In this document: one piece after another, positions 50,165 to 62,887 of the stretch
How the letters are laid out: each line of letters begins with the position of its first letter
Numbering within the stretch: position 1 is the first letter of the stretch
Source of the DNA: an uncultured Verrucomicrobiae bacterium
GTDB lineage: Bacteria > Verrucomicrobiota > Verrucomicrobiia > Limisphaerales > Palsa-1400
Length of the DNA stretch: 64,000 bases
NCBI GenBank assembly: GCA_963707025.1
Contig: CAVPOM010000005.1
Span: 128,001 to 192,000, forward strand
Direction of reading: 5' to 3'
Translations under genes and position numbers: made by a program
Notes under the pieces: generated by a model
The model's input: only the letters and a program-made list of their open reading frames with translations
The model's database searches: none
Told to the model about the DNA's origin: nothing

Positions 50165-50590
50165 TTACCAGAGTTCCGGGGCGTGGCGCAGCTTGTCCAG
50201 GAGGCGGCTGTCGGCGGCGGGAAAGGCGTATTCGGAGAGCTGGCCGGCTGTAATCCAAGCCAGACTCTGGCATAAAACCGGCGGGGGTTCGTGGCGGAGC
50301 CAGCGGCAATGGAAGAATTTCAGCCGGACCGGGCGCGCGGGATAGTGATGGAGGATGTCCTCGATCAGGGAGAGGATTTGCACTTCGATGCCCAGTTCTT
50401 CACGAAGCTCGCGGTGGAGGCATTGCTCAAAAGTTTCGCCGGCTTCGCGTTTGCCGCCGGGAAATTCCCACAGGCCGGCCAGGTGCCCGCCGGCGGCCCG
50501 CCGGGTGATCAACAGTTTTCCATCGCGAAAAATCAATCCGGCGGCAACTTCAACCGGGTCCTGGGCTGGCGGCGCAGAACGCTGGATCAT
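50165..50590 (-). CDS. mutT: MutT/NUDIX (d)NTP pyrophosphohydrolase
   Basis: GLWEFPGGKREAGETFEQCLHRELREELG Nudix box and FPAAD. Confidence 0.88.
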   Translation of the reverse strand: MIQRSAPPAQDPVEVAAGLIFRDGKLLITRRAAGGHLAGLWEFPGGKREAGETFEQCLHRELREELGIEVQILSLIEDILHHYPARPVRLKFFHCRWLRHEPPPVLCQSLAWITAGQLSEYAFPAADSRLLDKLRHAPELW

Positions 50591-51435
50591 GGCTTGCCGG
50601 CGGGCGTGGCATTGGTGGCCGGCGGGGCGGTTTTTGGAGCTTGATTGGTGGCCGGCGCGGCGGGCGGCGGCGGCACTGCGCCCGGTTTTCCCGGCGGGGC
50701 GGAAAGTTGCATTTCAGCCTCGGATGGAGTCAGCAGGCTTGACGGGGCGGCAGCGCGGGCCTGGGGCGGGCTGGGGTTCAGTTCAGGATGCTTGGCCACG
50801 AGAAGCCGCAATCGCTCATAGGCTTCACTCACCCACGGATCGTCCGGGGCATTGATGTTCAACAACTCCTTGTAGTAATTGACCGCCTGCGCCGGTTTAT
50901 TGTCGGCCTCACTCAAGCGGCCCAAGGTCAATTTGACTGGCAGGACGATGCCGGGGCTGGTGGAGTAGATGGTGTTGATCTTTTTGTACTGTTGCACGGC
51001 GTCGCCAATTTTGCCTTGGGCCTCCAGGCAGGCGGCGATGCCGACATTGGCCTGGGGCAGCAGGGCATTGCCGGAATAGTCGGCCACAAACTTGGAGAAT
51101 TCTTGCTGTGCCTCGGCATATTGGCCCCCCAGAAACAACTCCTTGGCGGCCAGCAATTGGGCGGCGGCCCCGGCGCTGGTGCCGGGGTATCGCTGGCTGA
51201 TCTTGAGCAACTCCTTCGCGTCGGCAGAATCCCCCGGAGGCGCCTCGGCCAACAGCGACGGGACGGCGAGCAAGGCCTGGTTGGCGTTGGATTCGTTCCG
51301 GCTCTTGTTCCACATCACAGCCCCGGCCACGAGGGCGATCACCCCCGCCACGATCGCTCCGGCCAAAACCCGCTTCCGGTTGGTGTGCAGCCAACCGTAA
51401 AAATGATAAAGAGTTGCCGTTGTATCAGCTTCCAT
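50587..51435 (-). CDS. Membrane-anchored TPR protein (YfgM-like)
   Basis: N-terminal TM helix, TPR-like helices, Pro/Ala-rich tail. Confidence 0.75.
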   Translation of the reverse strand: MEADTTATLYHFYGWLHTNRKRVLAGAIVAGVIALVAGAVMWNKSRNESNANQALLAVPSLLAEAPPGDSADAKELLKISQRYPGTSAGAAAQLLAAKELFLGGQYAEAQQEFSKFVADYSGNALLPQANVGIAACLEAQGKIGDAVQQYKKINTIYSTSPGIVLPVKLTLGRLSEADNKPAQAVNYYKELLNINAPDDPWVSEAYERLRLLVAKHPELNPSPPQARAAAPSSLLTPSEAEMQLSAPPGKPGAVPPPPAAPATNQAPKTAPPATNATPAGKP

Positions 51436-51562
51436 AAGAGGCGGAGAATAGTCCGGCCTGCCCGAAAAAAGGCAAGCTTAATTGTTGGCGTCGCATCGGA
51501 GCAATATAAGGGGATGGCCGGCGCCTGGCAATGTTTCTTGGCAAAAGGGAAGAGGGCGCCGC

Positions 51563-51922
51563 TCAGGCAGCGCCCCGGCCAGGGTCAGGACGGGTCACCC
51601 GCACGGAAACGTGGCGGGCCTCGGGGATGATAAATTTTTTGACCTCGACCGTGACGCGGGCCGGCTTGAACTCACCCAGGATCATTTCCGCCAACTCCAC
51701 GGCAAGGGTCTCGATCAGTTTCCAGCTTCGCCCCCGGCCAAAGTCCAGCAACCGCCGGCTGACGGCCTGGTAGTCAATGGTCCGGTCCAGGGCGTCGGCG
51801 ATGAGGGAAAAGTCGCGGTCCATTTCCACCGTCAGGGCCAGGCGCTGCGGATTGGCCCGTTCCCCGTCCGAAACGCCGACGCGGCAAAAGACGGTCAAAT
51901 CCTGGATGGCAATGCGGTCCAT
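51563..51922 (-). CDS. folB: Dihydroneopterin aldolase
   Basis: DRIAIQDL...GV...ER..PQ, TIDY, LIETLA, V.VKK. Confidence 0.9.
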   Translation of the reverse strand: MDRIAIQDLTVFCRVGVSDGERANPQRLALTVEMDRDFSLIADALDRTIDYQAVSRRLLDFGRGRSWKLIETLAVELAEMILGEFKPARVTVEVKKFIIPEARHVSVRVTRPDPGRGAA

Positions 51923-51931
51923 GGCGCAAGC

Positions 51932-53332
51932 TCAGGCGTTGGCCTGGACGGCGGCCAATTCCCGGCGGTTGAAAAGAAGGATGCCGGCCAGGGCGAAAAC
52001 TCCGCCCATCAACAGCACGATCTGCTCCACCGCCCGGGCCAGTTGCCCCCAGGTAATGCTGTGGCCGGTGCTCAAGTCGTCCACCGGCGAAAAGCTCTCC
52101 ACCAGGTTGACCACCTTCAAGACGGCGCCGAATACCGGCACGGAAACACTGTCAATGAACTTGGCGAGTTGGCCGGGCTTCCCCTGGCTGTCGTAGGGAA
52201 AAATGCTTTTGTTCTCCTGCACCGCGCTCAAGGTGCCGGTGGAAAGGCCCACCAGCAAGACCGCCAGCGAACAAAACGCCGCCACCGGGAAGGAAAGAAA
52301 ACTGGCCGAGGCCAGGCCGATGGCCGAAAGCAAGGCCAGCCAGCACAGGATGACTGCCAGGCCGCGGCCGAAGTTGACGCCAAAGCTGCTCTCCCGGTAG
52401 AGAACCTCAAAACCATCCTCCATCGGGAAGAACAACGAGGTGTTGTTGTCATTGCGGCAGGCCACCGTGAGGATGCCGCCCGCATCCAGCAAAGGGGACA
52501 CGTCCATTTCCTGAAACGAATCCGGCGGCAGTGTCTCAACAAAGGTTTGCGGCGTGGGGGATTCGACGGGGCCGACCCGCCACGACAGGTCATAGGTCGC
52601 CGCCGGATTGGGAGCAGCCACATGAAACTTGACGCGCACTTGCATGGGTTGACTGCGCACACGCGGCGACAGGCTGCTCAAATTGATCTTCCACATCCTG
52701 TAGCTCCCGGCGGGCACTTCTTCCACCTCGGAACGAACTCGCGCCAGAATTTGGTTGCCGACCTGTTTCAGGTCGTCGGCGTTGGTGAAAGATTCACCCG
52801 GATGACCGGCCTGCCAGTTGCGGAGCCAGTCGGCCGCCATTTTCTTTGCCTGGGCCGTGATATCCGGCGGCCTCTCCCGGGCGGCGGCGCGCGCCACAAA
52901 TATCTCGCTGCGCAGTTTGGCCTGCTGCCCGGCCGGAAGCCGCTGGGCCCGCCATTGCAGCAGCATAAAAACCGCGGCCCCGGAGATGGCGAGCAACATG
53001 GCGTTGAGGGCGAGTATTCCCAGCCACTTGCCCAGCCAGATTTGCCAGCGCGCAATCGGTTTGGTGCAGACCACCTGAATCTGGCAGTCCTCGACATCCC
53101 GGGCCAGCGTGCCACAGGACAGCCAGAGCGTGGCGATGCCCAGCAGGACGGTGATGGCGCTCAAGGTGTAGGTGAGCACAATCTGGGTCAACCCTTCCGC
53201 CGTGTCGTCGGCGCGCACGACCAGCGGCAGTCCCACCACCGCCGCCACCAGCAGCGCGGCCATCACCCAGAAAAGCCGGTAACGAAAGGCCGACTTCCAG
53301 GTCAGGCGGGCAATGGCGAGGAGGCGCTGCAT
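51932..53332 (-). CDS. ABC transporter permease subunit
   Basis: LLAIARLTWK, TKPIARWQIWLGKWLG, multiple TM helices, FNRRELA C-terminus. Confidence 0.8.
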   Translation of the reverse strand: MQRLLAIARLTWKSAFRYRLFWVMAALLVAAVVGLPLVVRADDTAEGLTQIVLTYTLSAITVLLGIATLWLSCGTLARDVEDCQIQVVCTKPIARWQIWLGKWLGILALNAMLLAISGAAVFMLLQWRAQRLPAGQQAKLRSEIFVARAAARERPPDITAQAKKMAADWLRNWQAGHPGESFTNADDLKQVGNQILARVRSEVEEVPAGSYRMWKINLSSLSPRVRSQPMQVRVKFHVAAPNPAATYDLSWRVGPVESPTPQTFVETLPPDSFQEMDVSPLLDAGGILTVACRNDNNTSLFFPMEDGFEVLYRESSFGVNFGRGLAVILCWLALLSAIGLASASFLSFPVAAFCSLAVLLVGLSTGTLSAVQENKSIFPYDSQGKPGQLAKFIDSVSVPVFGAVLKVVNLVESFSPVDDLSTGHSITWGQLARAVEQIVLLMGGVFALAGILLFNRRELAAVQANA

Positions 53333-53344
53333 GTCTATAAAATG

Positions 53345-53489
53345 GCGGACTGCGGATTGCGGATTGCGGATTTGGGGGAGCGCTGGGGGCGATTAAGCAA
53401 TGGGGCGGGGCAAGCCGGTTTTTCGCGCGCTTGCTCCGTTATCGGGAAGGTCTGAACCATCCGCAATCCGCAAACCGCAATCCGCAATC
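53345..53489. repeat. Intergenic inverted heptamer arrays (GCGGATT)n / (AATCCGC)n
   Basis: About 4 copies at 53345-53372 and about 4 inverted copies at 53459-53489. Confidence 0.75.
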
Positions 53490-53494
53490 GGGCT

Positions 53495-54729
<1,235 letters not shown>

Positions 54730-54738
54730 GGAAGGCGG

Positions 54739-56789
54739 CTATGCCGGCGTCGGGGCCAATTGCGGACGGGCGGCGGGAGGGGGTGCGGCGGGCGGTTCGG
54801 CGGCCGCCGCCAGATGGAAATGTTCCAGTTCCTCGCCCTTGCGCACCAGGCGGGCGCTGTTGAAAACCACCATCAGCGAGCCGGCGATGTGCAGAACGGC
54901 GGCCACGATCGGGCTGATGTAGCTCGAGCGCCGCCAGCGTCAGGCCGCCGATGATGAACAGGACGCCGAACAGGAAATTCTGGTTGATGACCGCGCGGGT
55001 GCTGCGGGAGAGCTTCACCAGGAACGGCAGCCGGCGCAGGTCGTTGTTCATCAGCGCAATGGTCGCGCTGTGAATGGCCACTTCGCTGCCCGCCGCGCCC
55101 ATGGCGATGCCGATGTCGCCGGCCGCCAGCGCCGGGCGCGTCGTTCACGCCGTCGCCCGACCACCGCCACCCGGTAGCCCTTGGCTTTGACTGGCGCGCA
55201 CAAACTCGACCTTGTTCTGCGGCAGGCATTCGCCCTCGGCCTCTTCGCAGCCGATCTCGCGCGGCCACCCGCGTGGCCACCGGCTGGCGGTCGCCGGAAA
55301 CCATCGCCACGCGGCGCACGCCGCTGGTCTTCAATTCGGCCAGCGCTTCGCGCGCCTCGGCGCGGGTCTGGTCCTGCAAACCCACCCAGCCGATGCACTG
55401 GCCATTGCGCGCGACAAAAATCAGGCTCCAGCCTTCGGTTTCATTCAGGTCCACCGATTTCAGAAAATCCTGCGTCACGCCGTTGTCCTTGAGCCATTGC
55501 GCGCGGCCCACCAGGACTTTCGCCCCGTCAATTTGCGCCTTGACGCCGCGCCCGGCGGTTTCGGAAAAATCCTTCGGCTCGAGCCAGCGGCACGCCGGCT
55601 TCGCCGGCCAGTTGCGCCAGCGCCTTGGCGGTCGGATGGTTGCTGTATTTCTCCGCCGAGGCCGCCAGGCGCAGCAATTCGGCGGGCTTGGTGCCGGCCA
55701 GCGGGGCCAGGCGGCTGACGGCCAGCTGGCCGGTGGTGAGCGTGCCGGTTTTGTCAAAGACAAACGCGTTGATCTTGGCCGCCAGTTCGATGTCGGCCAC
55801 GTTCTTGATCAGAATGCCCAGGCGCGCGGCGGCGGAGAGCGCGGCGACCATCGCGCGTCGGCGTGGCCAGGATGAAGGCGCACGGGCAGGAGACGATGAA
55901 GACGGCGATGACGCGGTTCAAGTCGTGGGTGAACGCCCAGACCAGCGCGCCGATGACCAGCACCAGCGGCGTGTAAAAGCCCATGTATTGGTCCACGATT
56001 TTCATGATGGGCAGCTTGGTCTTTTCCGCCGCCAGAATCAGTTCGCGCACGCGGCCCAGCGTCGTGTCCTGCGCCGGCGCGGCTGACCTTGATCTCCAGC
56101 ACGCCGGTCAGGTTCTGCGTGCCGGCAAAAACTTCGTCGCCCGGCTTTCTTGTCCGCCGGCAACGATTCGCCGGTGATGGTCGCCTGGTTGAACGAACCC
56201 TGGCCGCTGACGATGACGCCGTCCGCCGCCACGTTGTCGCCGGGCCGGATGCGGATCACGTCGCCGACGCCGAGGAGTTTTGTGGCGCACTTCCTCCTCG
56301 CCTTGTGGGGTGATGCGGCGGGCTTTGGTGGGCGTGAGCTTGATGAGCGATTCGATGGAAGCGCGCGCGCCTTCGGCGGTGCGCGTTTCGATGATCTCGC
56401 CCAGCGAGCATGAAGAAGGCGACCACGCCGGCTTCTTGATAATGGCCCGAACCAAAGGAGATGGGGACCGCCAGCGCGACCAGTTCATTGATGGTGAGAA
56501 GGCCGCCGCGCAAATCCACAAAGGCGGTCAGCAAAATGGGATAGCCCAGGATGATGGCTCCGATCATGGCGCTGGCCGCCGACACCGGGTCCGCGGCGCC
56601 CTGGAAAAACCCCGACATCCAGTGTACCGCAAAAGAGTTGATCACGAAAAGCAGGCCAACGAGCGTCTGCGCCAGGGGCAGCATGGCATGGCTGTGCTCC
56701 TGCTCGTGATCGTGGCCGCAATCAGCGCAGGAAGGGTCATGGTCATGGTGCTCATGTTCATGCCGGCTCAACAATGATGTAACTTGCAT
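54739..56789 (-). CDS. Heavy-metal translocating P1B-type ATPase (many frameshifts)
   Basis: His-rich N-terminus, [26 protein letters not shown]. Confidence 0.88.
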
Positions 56790-56865
56790 AAGTTAATGGT
56801 AGCTCAAAATCGGAGGATTCCCAGCAAGAGAAAGGATGGCGGCGTCCGCCCGGTTGGTTTTTCGC

Positions 56866-57972
56866 TCATGGGCTGGGTGGTTGATTGGTCGAGCCGGTCA
56901 AGGCCGGCGGCTGCTCGCCCAAGTGATAGCGCATGGAACTGTTGGTCAGATCGGGCAGAACGTCAGTGGATTGGGCATTAGCCCAAACTCGCTTGAAGGT
57001 TTCCGCCTGGAGCAGGCTGGTCACCAGCGCCGGATTGCGCTGGTAATCACCCAGAAACCGCGAGAAATTGGTCTGTTCGACCTTAACCAGCCCCACCATG
57101 CGGGCCGTGTCGGCGGCGGCGGTGTTGGTGCGCGAGATCTTTTGGCCGTTGGCGTTGCCCAGGGTCTGGCTTCGGTAACTTTCCGCCGCGCTCAGCGTGG
57201 TGTCGCGCTCCGTGCGGGCCTGGTCAACTTTGTAGAAATCAGTCCACAACGCCACCGGAGGGGAGGCCTGGGGATACACGCTTTCCACGGTAATGCCTAA
57301 ATCCTGCCCGGCCACCAGTTCGCGCATGCGCGCCTCCACCGCCTCTCTGAATTCAGTGGGTCGCACCGAGAGAATGTCGTCCACCGTGAAACGGCTGGCG
57401 GCGAACAGGAGCGCATTGTTCAGGTCGTTGGTGACAAAACTGGCTGCGTCGGCAAAGTCAAAATAGAAGGTGACCGGTTGGGTAATCCGGTAGGTGACCG
57501 AGGCGATGAGGTGGATGATGTTGGTATCGGCCGTCAGCACGTAGCTGACGCTGGAGGCGGGGTCCAGCTTTTGCATGGGCTGAGGCGGCGGCGCATTCTT
57601 GACATACTCCTCGATGGATTGGTACCAGCCCACGCTGGAATAGGCGCGCTGCAGCGAGCTGAAGGGAATGTTGGTCACCTCGTCTATCGGCCTGGGAAAG
57701 GCCAAATGGGCTCCCGGTCCAAGCAAGACCCCCTCCCCCTGGCCCACCGGCCTGCCCATGCGCAGGATGATCGCCTTGTTCTGCTCCTTCACGGTAAAGA
57801 AGCCGGAGCCAAAGAACATCACCACCAGCAGGACCATGATGATCTGGATAATGAAAAAGCTGCTGCGCAAGGCCTCCGACAGCGCCTGCGTCCCCGGATC
57901 ATCGGCGCCCGGCGGCTCCGGCGCGGGCGGGCCGGGCGGCGGCGGCAAGGGCTTGGATTCCTGGTCACTCAT
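56866..57972 (-). CDS. SPFH-domain HflK-like protein
   Basis: TM helix, ILRMGRP, GPGAHLAFPRPIDEV, LTADTNII. Confidence 0.75.
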   Translation of the reverse strand: MSDQESKPLPPPPGPPAPEPPGADDPGTQALSEALRSSFFIIQIIMVLLVVMFFGSGFFTVKEQNKAIILRMGRPVGQGEGVLLGPGAHLAFPRPIDEVTNIPFSSLQRAYSSVGWYQSIEEYVKNAPPPQPMQKLDPASSVSYVLTADTNIIHLIASVTYRITQPVTFYFDFADAASFVTNDLNNALLFAASRFTVDDILSVRPTEFREAVEARMRELVAGQDLGITVESVYPQASPPVALWTDFYKVDQARTERDTTLSAAESYRSQTLGNANGQKISRTNTAAADTARMVGLVKVEQTNFSRFLGDYQRNPALVTSLLQAETFKRVWANAQSTDVLPDLTNSSMRYHLGEQPPALTGSTNQPPSP

Positions 57973-57985
57973 CTGTCAATACTAT

Positions 57986-58945
57986 TTAATGAGGTGGTGG
58001 CGGTTCCAGCTCCGGCGCGGCGGCATTGGTGACGGCGGCGGCCGGCTTGGCTTGCAGCAATTCCAGGCCGGTGGTGTTGTGGTCCAGAATCCAGGTGGTC
58101 TTGTCCTTGCTCAACTCCTCCAGCATGTCCAGGTCCATGAGGAACTTGGCGAACTGGGGGTTTTGGGCCATCACCTGCAGAGATTCGACCATGGCCTGCT
58201 GGCCCTCGCCGCGCAGGTCTTTGGCCCGGGCATCCGCCTCCGACAGGAGTTTGGCGGCCGCGCTGTCCGCGACGCCCCGAATCCCGATGGACTGCCCGTC
58301 GGCGTCGGCCTTGATGGCGTCGGCCAGCTTGTTGCGCTCAGCCTTCATGCGGTCGAACACGGTCTGGGAGACGCTGGCGGGCAGTTCGATGCTTTTAATT
58401 TGCACGAATTTAATTTCGATGCCGTATTTGCCGGCGGCGGCCCTTTGGCGGACATCATCGAGGATTTCCTTTTCGATCTGGGTGAATTTCATCTGGCTGG
58501 GATCGGCGGAAAGGAAATCGGAAAAAACGTGCCGGCTTGCCACCTCCAATTTGGCCGAGCGCACAATCCCCTGCAAATTGGTCTCGGCCTGGATCAGGGA
58601 GCCATTCTCAAAATTTTGGAAAAACCTGGCGGGGTCGGAGATGCGCCAGCCGACGTAGGTGAGCAACAAAATGATGTTTTGATCGGGCAGTGTGACCGGC
58701 TCCAACTTGTCTTCCGCCTCCATGTCCAGGCTATGCACGCGCTGATCCAGCTTATAGACCCGCTCGATGGGCCAGGGCCATTGCAGATGGGGACCCGGGT
58801 TGGTCCGCGTGTTGTCCGATTCCATCTTGTCGAAGAGGGTGACGACGGCGACCTCGGATTGGCGCACCTGGAAGACAAAGAGCATGAGGCCGAAAATGGC
58901 GATGAGCAGGAGGGCGACGAGGATGGTCAGGGGGCTTCGTTTCAT
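57986..58945 (-). CDS. hflC: SPFH-domain HflC-like protein
   Basis: FQVRQSEVAVVT.F, PGPHLQWPWP, WRISDP, VFDRMKAER. Confidence 0.8.
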   Translation of the reverse strand: MKRSPLTILVALLLIAIFGLMLFVFQVRQSEVAVVTLFDKMESDNTRTNPGPHLQWPWPIERVYKLDQRVHSLDMEAEDKLEPVTLPDQNIILLLTYVGWRISDPARFFQNFENGSLIQAETNLQGIVRSAKLEVASRHVFSDFLSADPSQMKFTQIEKEILDDVRQRAAAGKYGIEIKFVQIKSIELPASVSQTVFDRMKAERNKLADAIKADADGQSIGIRGVADSAAAKLLSEADARAKDLRGEGQQAMVESLQVMAQNPQFAKFLMDLDMLEELSKDKTTWILDHNTTGLELLQAKPAAAVTNAAAPELEPPPPH

Positions 58946-58946
58946 G

Positions 58947-60843
58947 TTACTTGTTTTCTTTGGGAATGATCAGGGCGCTTCCCAAATCGCGTATTTTGGG
59001 TTCTTCATTGAACTCGAAGATCTGCCGGGTGTTGCCGGTGGCGTTGATGATTTTCCTTTGGGCGTCATGGGTGGATTTGGCCAGCACGTCCAAATAGGCC
59101 CGGTGCTCATAGACCCCATCCAGGCCGGGGGCGGCGGCGTAGGCCAGGGACTGTTTGGCAAACAGACTGGCGCGCGCCACCGCATTGGTGGTGGCGCTGA
59201 ACTTATCGGCTTCCGCCATGAACACCCGGTTGCTGGCGGCGCCGCGCGCCAGGGCGTTGGTCATGATGGCGTGGGCCTGCGCGTCCAGAATTTTGGCTTC
59301 CCGGTTTTCCCGTTCCCCGACCACCTTTTCATATTCCCCGGCCACCTTGACCGGGGGATGAATATCCTCCAAACCGACAAAGATAATATTCACGCCCAAC
59401 TCCAGCTCGTTGCTCTGCTCCTGGACGAGTTGCCGCAACGTATCGGCCGCCTCGCCCCGTCCGGCTGACATCAGGCTGGCCATTTCCGCCCCCGCCAGAT
59501 AACGGGCCACCACCCGGCGGGAGAGCCTCTCCAGCAGGGCGGTGGGATCCTCATTCTGATAGGCCCAATTGGTCAGGTTGGTGATTTGAAATTGCACCGG
59601 AATGCTCACCGAGAGCAAGCTGACCGGCGGGGTGGGATGCCCGCCCGGTTGATTGGTGGTTGCCCCCGGATTATTCGTGTCGCCCGCCAATTCACGACCC
59701 CGGTTGGCCACCAGGAAATTATCTTCCTTGGCGTGGGGAACCGTCCATTGAATGGTTTTGAGGCTTTCCGGCTCCGCCCCCACCACAAAGCTCTGAATCT
59801 GTTCGGTGCGAGTGCGATAGACCCGATCAATGGGCCAGGGCAGCTTGAAGTGCAATCCCGGCCCGATCACTCCGCGTCCCGCCACCGGCCGGCCCCCGCG
59901 CTCCAGCAGCGCCTGCCAGCCGGGCGGAATCACTGCAATGCAGGAGGAAAGCACCAAAAGGCCGAGCTGCGCCAGCACCAGCCAGGCGAACGCCTTTTCC
60001 AGAAAACGATAGAACCAGGTCTCGGAAACCTTGAAGCCGAATTGGTAATCCAAGGCGTGCGCCGCGGTGGTGATGAGGGCTTCGGGCTGGCCCAACAAAC
60101 CGACCAGCCGGCTGTCGTAGAGCAGGCGCACATCCTTGCCTTTCAGGCGCACCCGGTAGATCTCCAGCACCAATCCCACCAGGGTTTCCAAAGTGATCAA
60201 GCCGACCACGACGCACAAAGCGCGGCCCACAAAAAAATCCGCCTTCGAGAAATTGAAATAGACGGCCGCCATGGTGGCCGCCGCCGTCCAACACGCATAG
60301 GCGCTCAAGAGCAAATAGGCCGCGCCCGGCCGCAGCAATCGCTGCTTTTGCAGGCGGGCCAGCCCGCTGGAATACTTGCCCAAAATAAAGAGAATCAGCC
60401 CGAGCAAGCCGAACAAGGCCAGGGCCAGCGGCGCGCGCCCCGGATCAACCCCGGAAACCGGGCTGGCGTAGCGCCAGGGAAAATAGGCCGACGCCAACTG
60501 TCCGAAAAACAACAAGCCCGTCAGCGCCGGAATGAAATACTTCTCGAATTGCTCGCGGGAACGCCGCGCCGGAAAAGTGTCCTCCCCAGCCGTGGCAAAA
60601 AGGGAGGCGCCGCCCCGGCTCTTGCTCAACTCGTCCAACTCCAGTCTCTCCAACTGTTCCCGCCCCTCCAGGCTCATCTGGCAATAGCTCAAAAGCGCCA
60701 CCCCCAGGCCCAGGCCGCCCAGGATCCCCTCCCATCAGCCCGGCCAACGAGTTGACCGAGCGGGCAATGAGCAACATCCCCGCCGTGCCGGCCAGCAGTG
60801 CCATCCAATTGATCAATCCTGTTCTTTTAACGTTTCGCTCCAT
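58947..60843 (-). CDS. Polytopic membrane protein fused to an HflK-like SPFH domain (frameshift near 60725)
   Basis: About 7 N-terminal TM helices, then GPGLHFKLPWPIDRV and LEDIHPPVKVA. Confidence 0.75.
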
Positions 60844-60851
60844 CAATTACC

Positions 60852-61813
60852 TCAACTCAATTCCCGGTCCTCAAACAGCACCAGGGCCAGCGCCAGCACC
60901 GCCCCAACATATCCCACCGTGTAACCCAGCGCCTTGCCCAGGTAATCCGCCGGGATCGGCCCCTGGCCTTCCAGCAGGTCCGACACCCAGAACAATTGCC
61001 AATTGGGTGTCACGGTGTAAAGCACCGAGGCCCAAAGGTTCCCTCCTTCAGCGCGCGTTCCCCAGAAATAATCCGACACCAAACCCAATAAAAAGAAAGC
61101 CGAACAAACGCTCAACGTCGGAATCACCTCCAGCCGCGTCGAGCAGGCCAGGGCCAGCGCCGCCAAGATCAGCAGGGCCATCAAGATCAGCGCCGAGGCC
61201 GGCACCACCCGCCAATCCAGGCCCAGAAACTCATTCGGCGCCCGTTGCGCCGCCCGCGGAATGAATTGCAGCACGATAAACGCCACCGTCACCATCAACG
61301 CCACCGCCAGCACCGCGTCCGACACAAAGGGCCGGCGCATGAAATAATTGGTCAACCCCCCAATGGCGTAGGCCGCCGCCACCGCTCCGCAAAAAATCAG
61401 CAGCCCGGGAATGTCGGCGTCCCCGTACGCGTCAAACGTCATCCGCGTCGCCAGCAGCGCCGCCACGCAATTGACATAAGTCAGCACCACCAGCGACAGG
61501 GCCAGCCCGGCATATTTGGCCAGCAGGAATTGCGAGCGGCTGACCGGCTTGGCCAACACGGCCAGGGCCGTCCCGCTGCGAATCTCCCGCGCCACCGAAG
61601 CCGACGCGCTCATCACCGCGCTGAACAGCCCGGCCACCAGCATCACCGCCAGCACGCTGATCTTGACCATTTTGGCTCGTCCCCAAAACCGAAGTAACTC
61701 ACACACGACAGGCCCACCTCGAACAACGCCGACGTTGTCATGAGCAGCAGGAAAATCGGCTGCCGGATCAATTCCATGAAGGCATTGGCGGCTATGGCGA
61801 TAAATTGTCGCAT
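60852..61813 (-). CDS. ABC transporter permease subunit (frameshift near 61672)
   Basis: MRQFIAIAANAFMELIRQP, EIRSGTALAVLAKPVSR..FLLAKY, FEDREL. Confidence 0.8.
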
Positions 61814-62119
61814 CTCGGCAATAGTTCAATGCGTTTATTCTCGTGTCATCCCGCCACAAATTACAAACCCAGCCTTTAATTGCAACGGCTTATTTTGGCC
61901 AGGCCGGCCCTGGCAGGGCGGCCACTCCCCCGCCCGCCGCGGCGCGCGCCCAACGCGCGACCGGCCGTCCCGCACTGAACGGTCACGGTAGTCAACCCGC
62001 GTCCATCCGCGGTTCCCCATGGTGCCCTGAGCTTGATGGCGCCGCGCGAGAGAGATTGCCGGGAAACCGCAATTTGTCCTTGACATACATCTAACCATGA
62101 TGTATTACATGAATCCATT

Positions 62120-62882
62120 ATGAAATCGTCCATCTCTTGTTTCCGGCATTGGATCAAGCCCGGGCTTTCTGCCGGGCGCTCTTCTCGTTCTGCTCAGCGG
62201 CTGCGCCTCCGGCCCGCCGCAGCCTGAAATCACCCACCAGCGCGGCTGGATCGGCGGCGAATATCAACTGGCCCGGCCCGAGCGCTTCTGGCATTCGTCG
62301 GAGACGGTCAACGCCTTTCCCAAATCGCTCCAACCCGCGCACCAGGCCGGCCTCCTCGTCACCGCCCTGGCCACCAACACCCCGGCCCGGCTGGCCGGGC
62401 TGCGCGAAGGTGATTTGATTTTGGAAGTCAATCATCAGCCGGCGACCGATTTGAGCCATTTCCGCCGCACCATTGATCAAACCGCACCGGGGACGTTGCT
62501 GCCGGTGCAGGCCTGGCGTGACGGACAAACCGTGGAGTTCAATGTGCCGGTGGGCCGGGAAACCTTCCGACACCTGGGCACCCTTGGCCTCTGGGTGGGC
62601 TGGGAAGGCCTTGATTTGAGCTTCAACCCCGGCTTTTCCCTCATCGTGCTCGGGTACGATTCGTCCAGCGAGGACCGCACGGAACTTGGCTCCGTCAAAT
62701 CCACTTATCTGCGCAATTGCCACTCCGGCAAATACGAGCCAACCGACGACGACTGGGCCGCTTGGCTGGCCATTCTGCGGCTCTCCAAAGCAAAAACGAT
62801 TCTGACCCAGGAGACCGTGCTGCCGCCCGCCCCGGCGCCGCCCCCCGCCGCGCCGCCCTCAGCCGTCGCGCTCGGTCCTTAA
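62120..62882 (+). CDS. PDZ-domain (lipo)protein, frameshifted
   Basis: LLSGC lipobox-like segment and TPARLAGLREGDLILEVN PDZ signature. Confidence 0.6.
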
Positions 62883-62887
62883 AGGTC

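Noticed and set aside
51482..53455. 657-aa plus-strand ORF and similar long antisense ORFs (57668-58969, 59586-60755)
   Set aside because: Shadow ORFs opposite well-supported genes in high-GC DNA.
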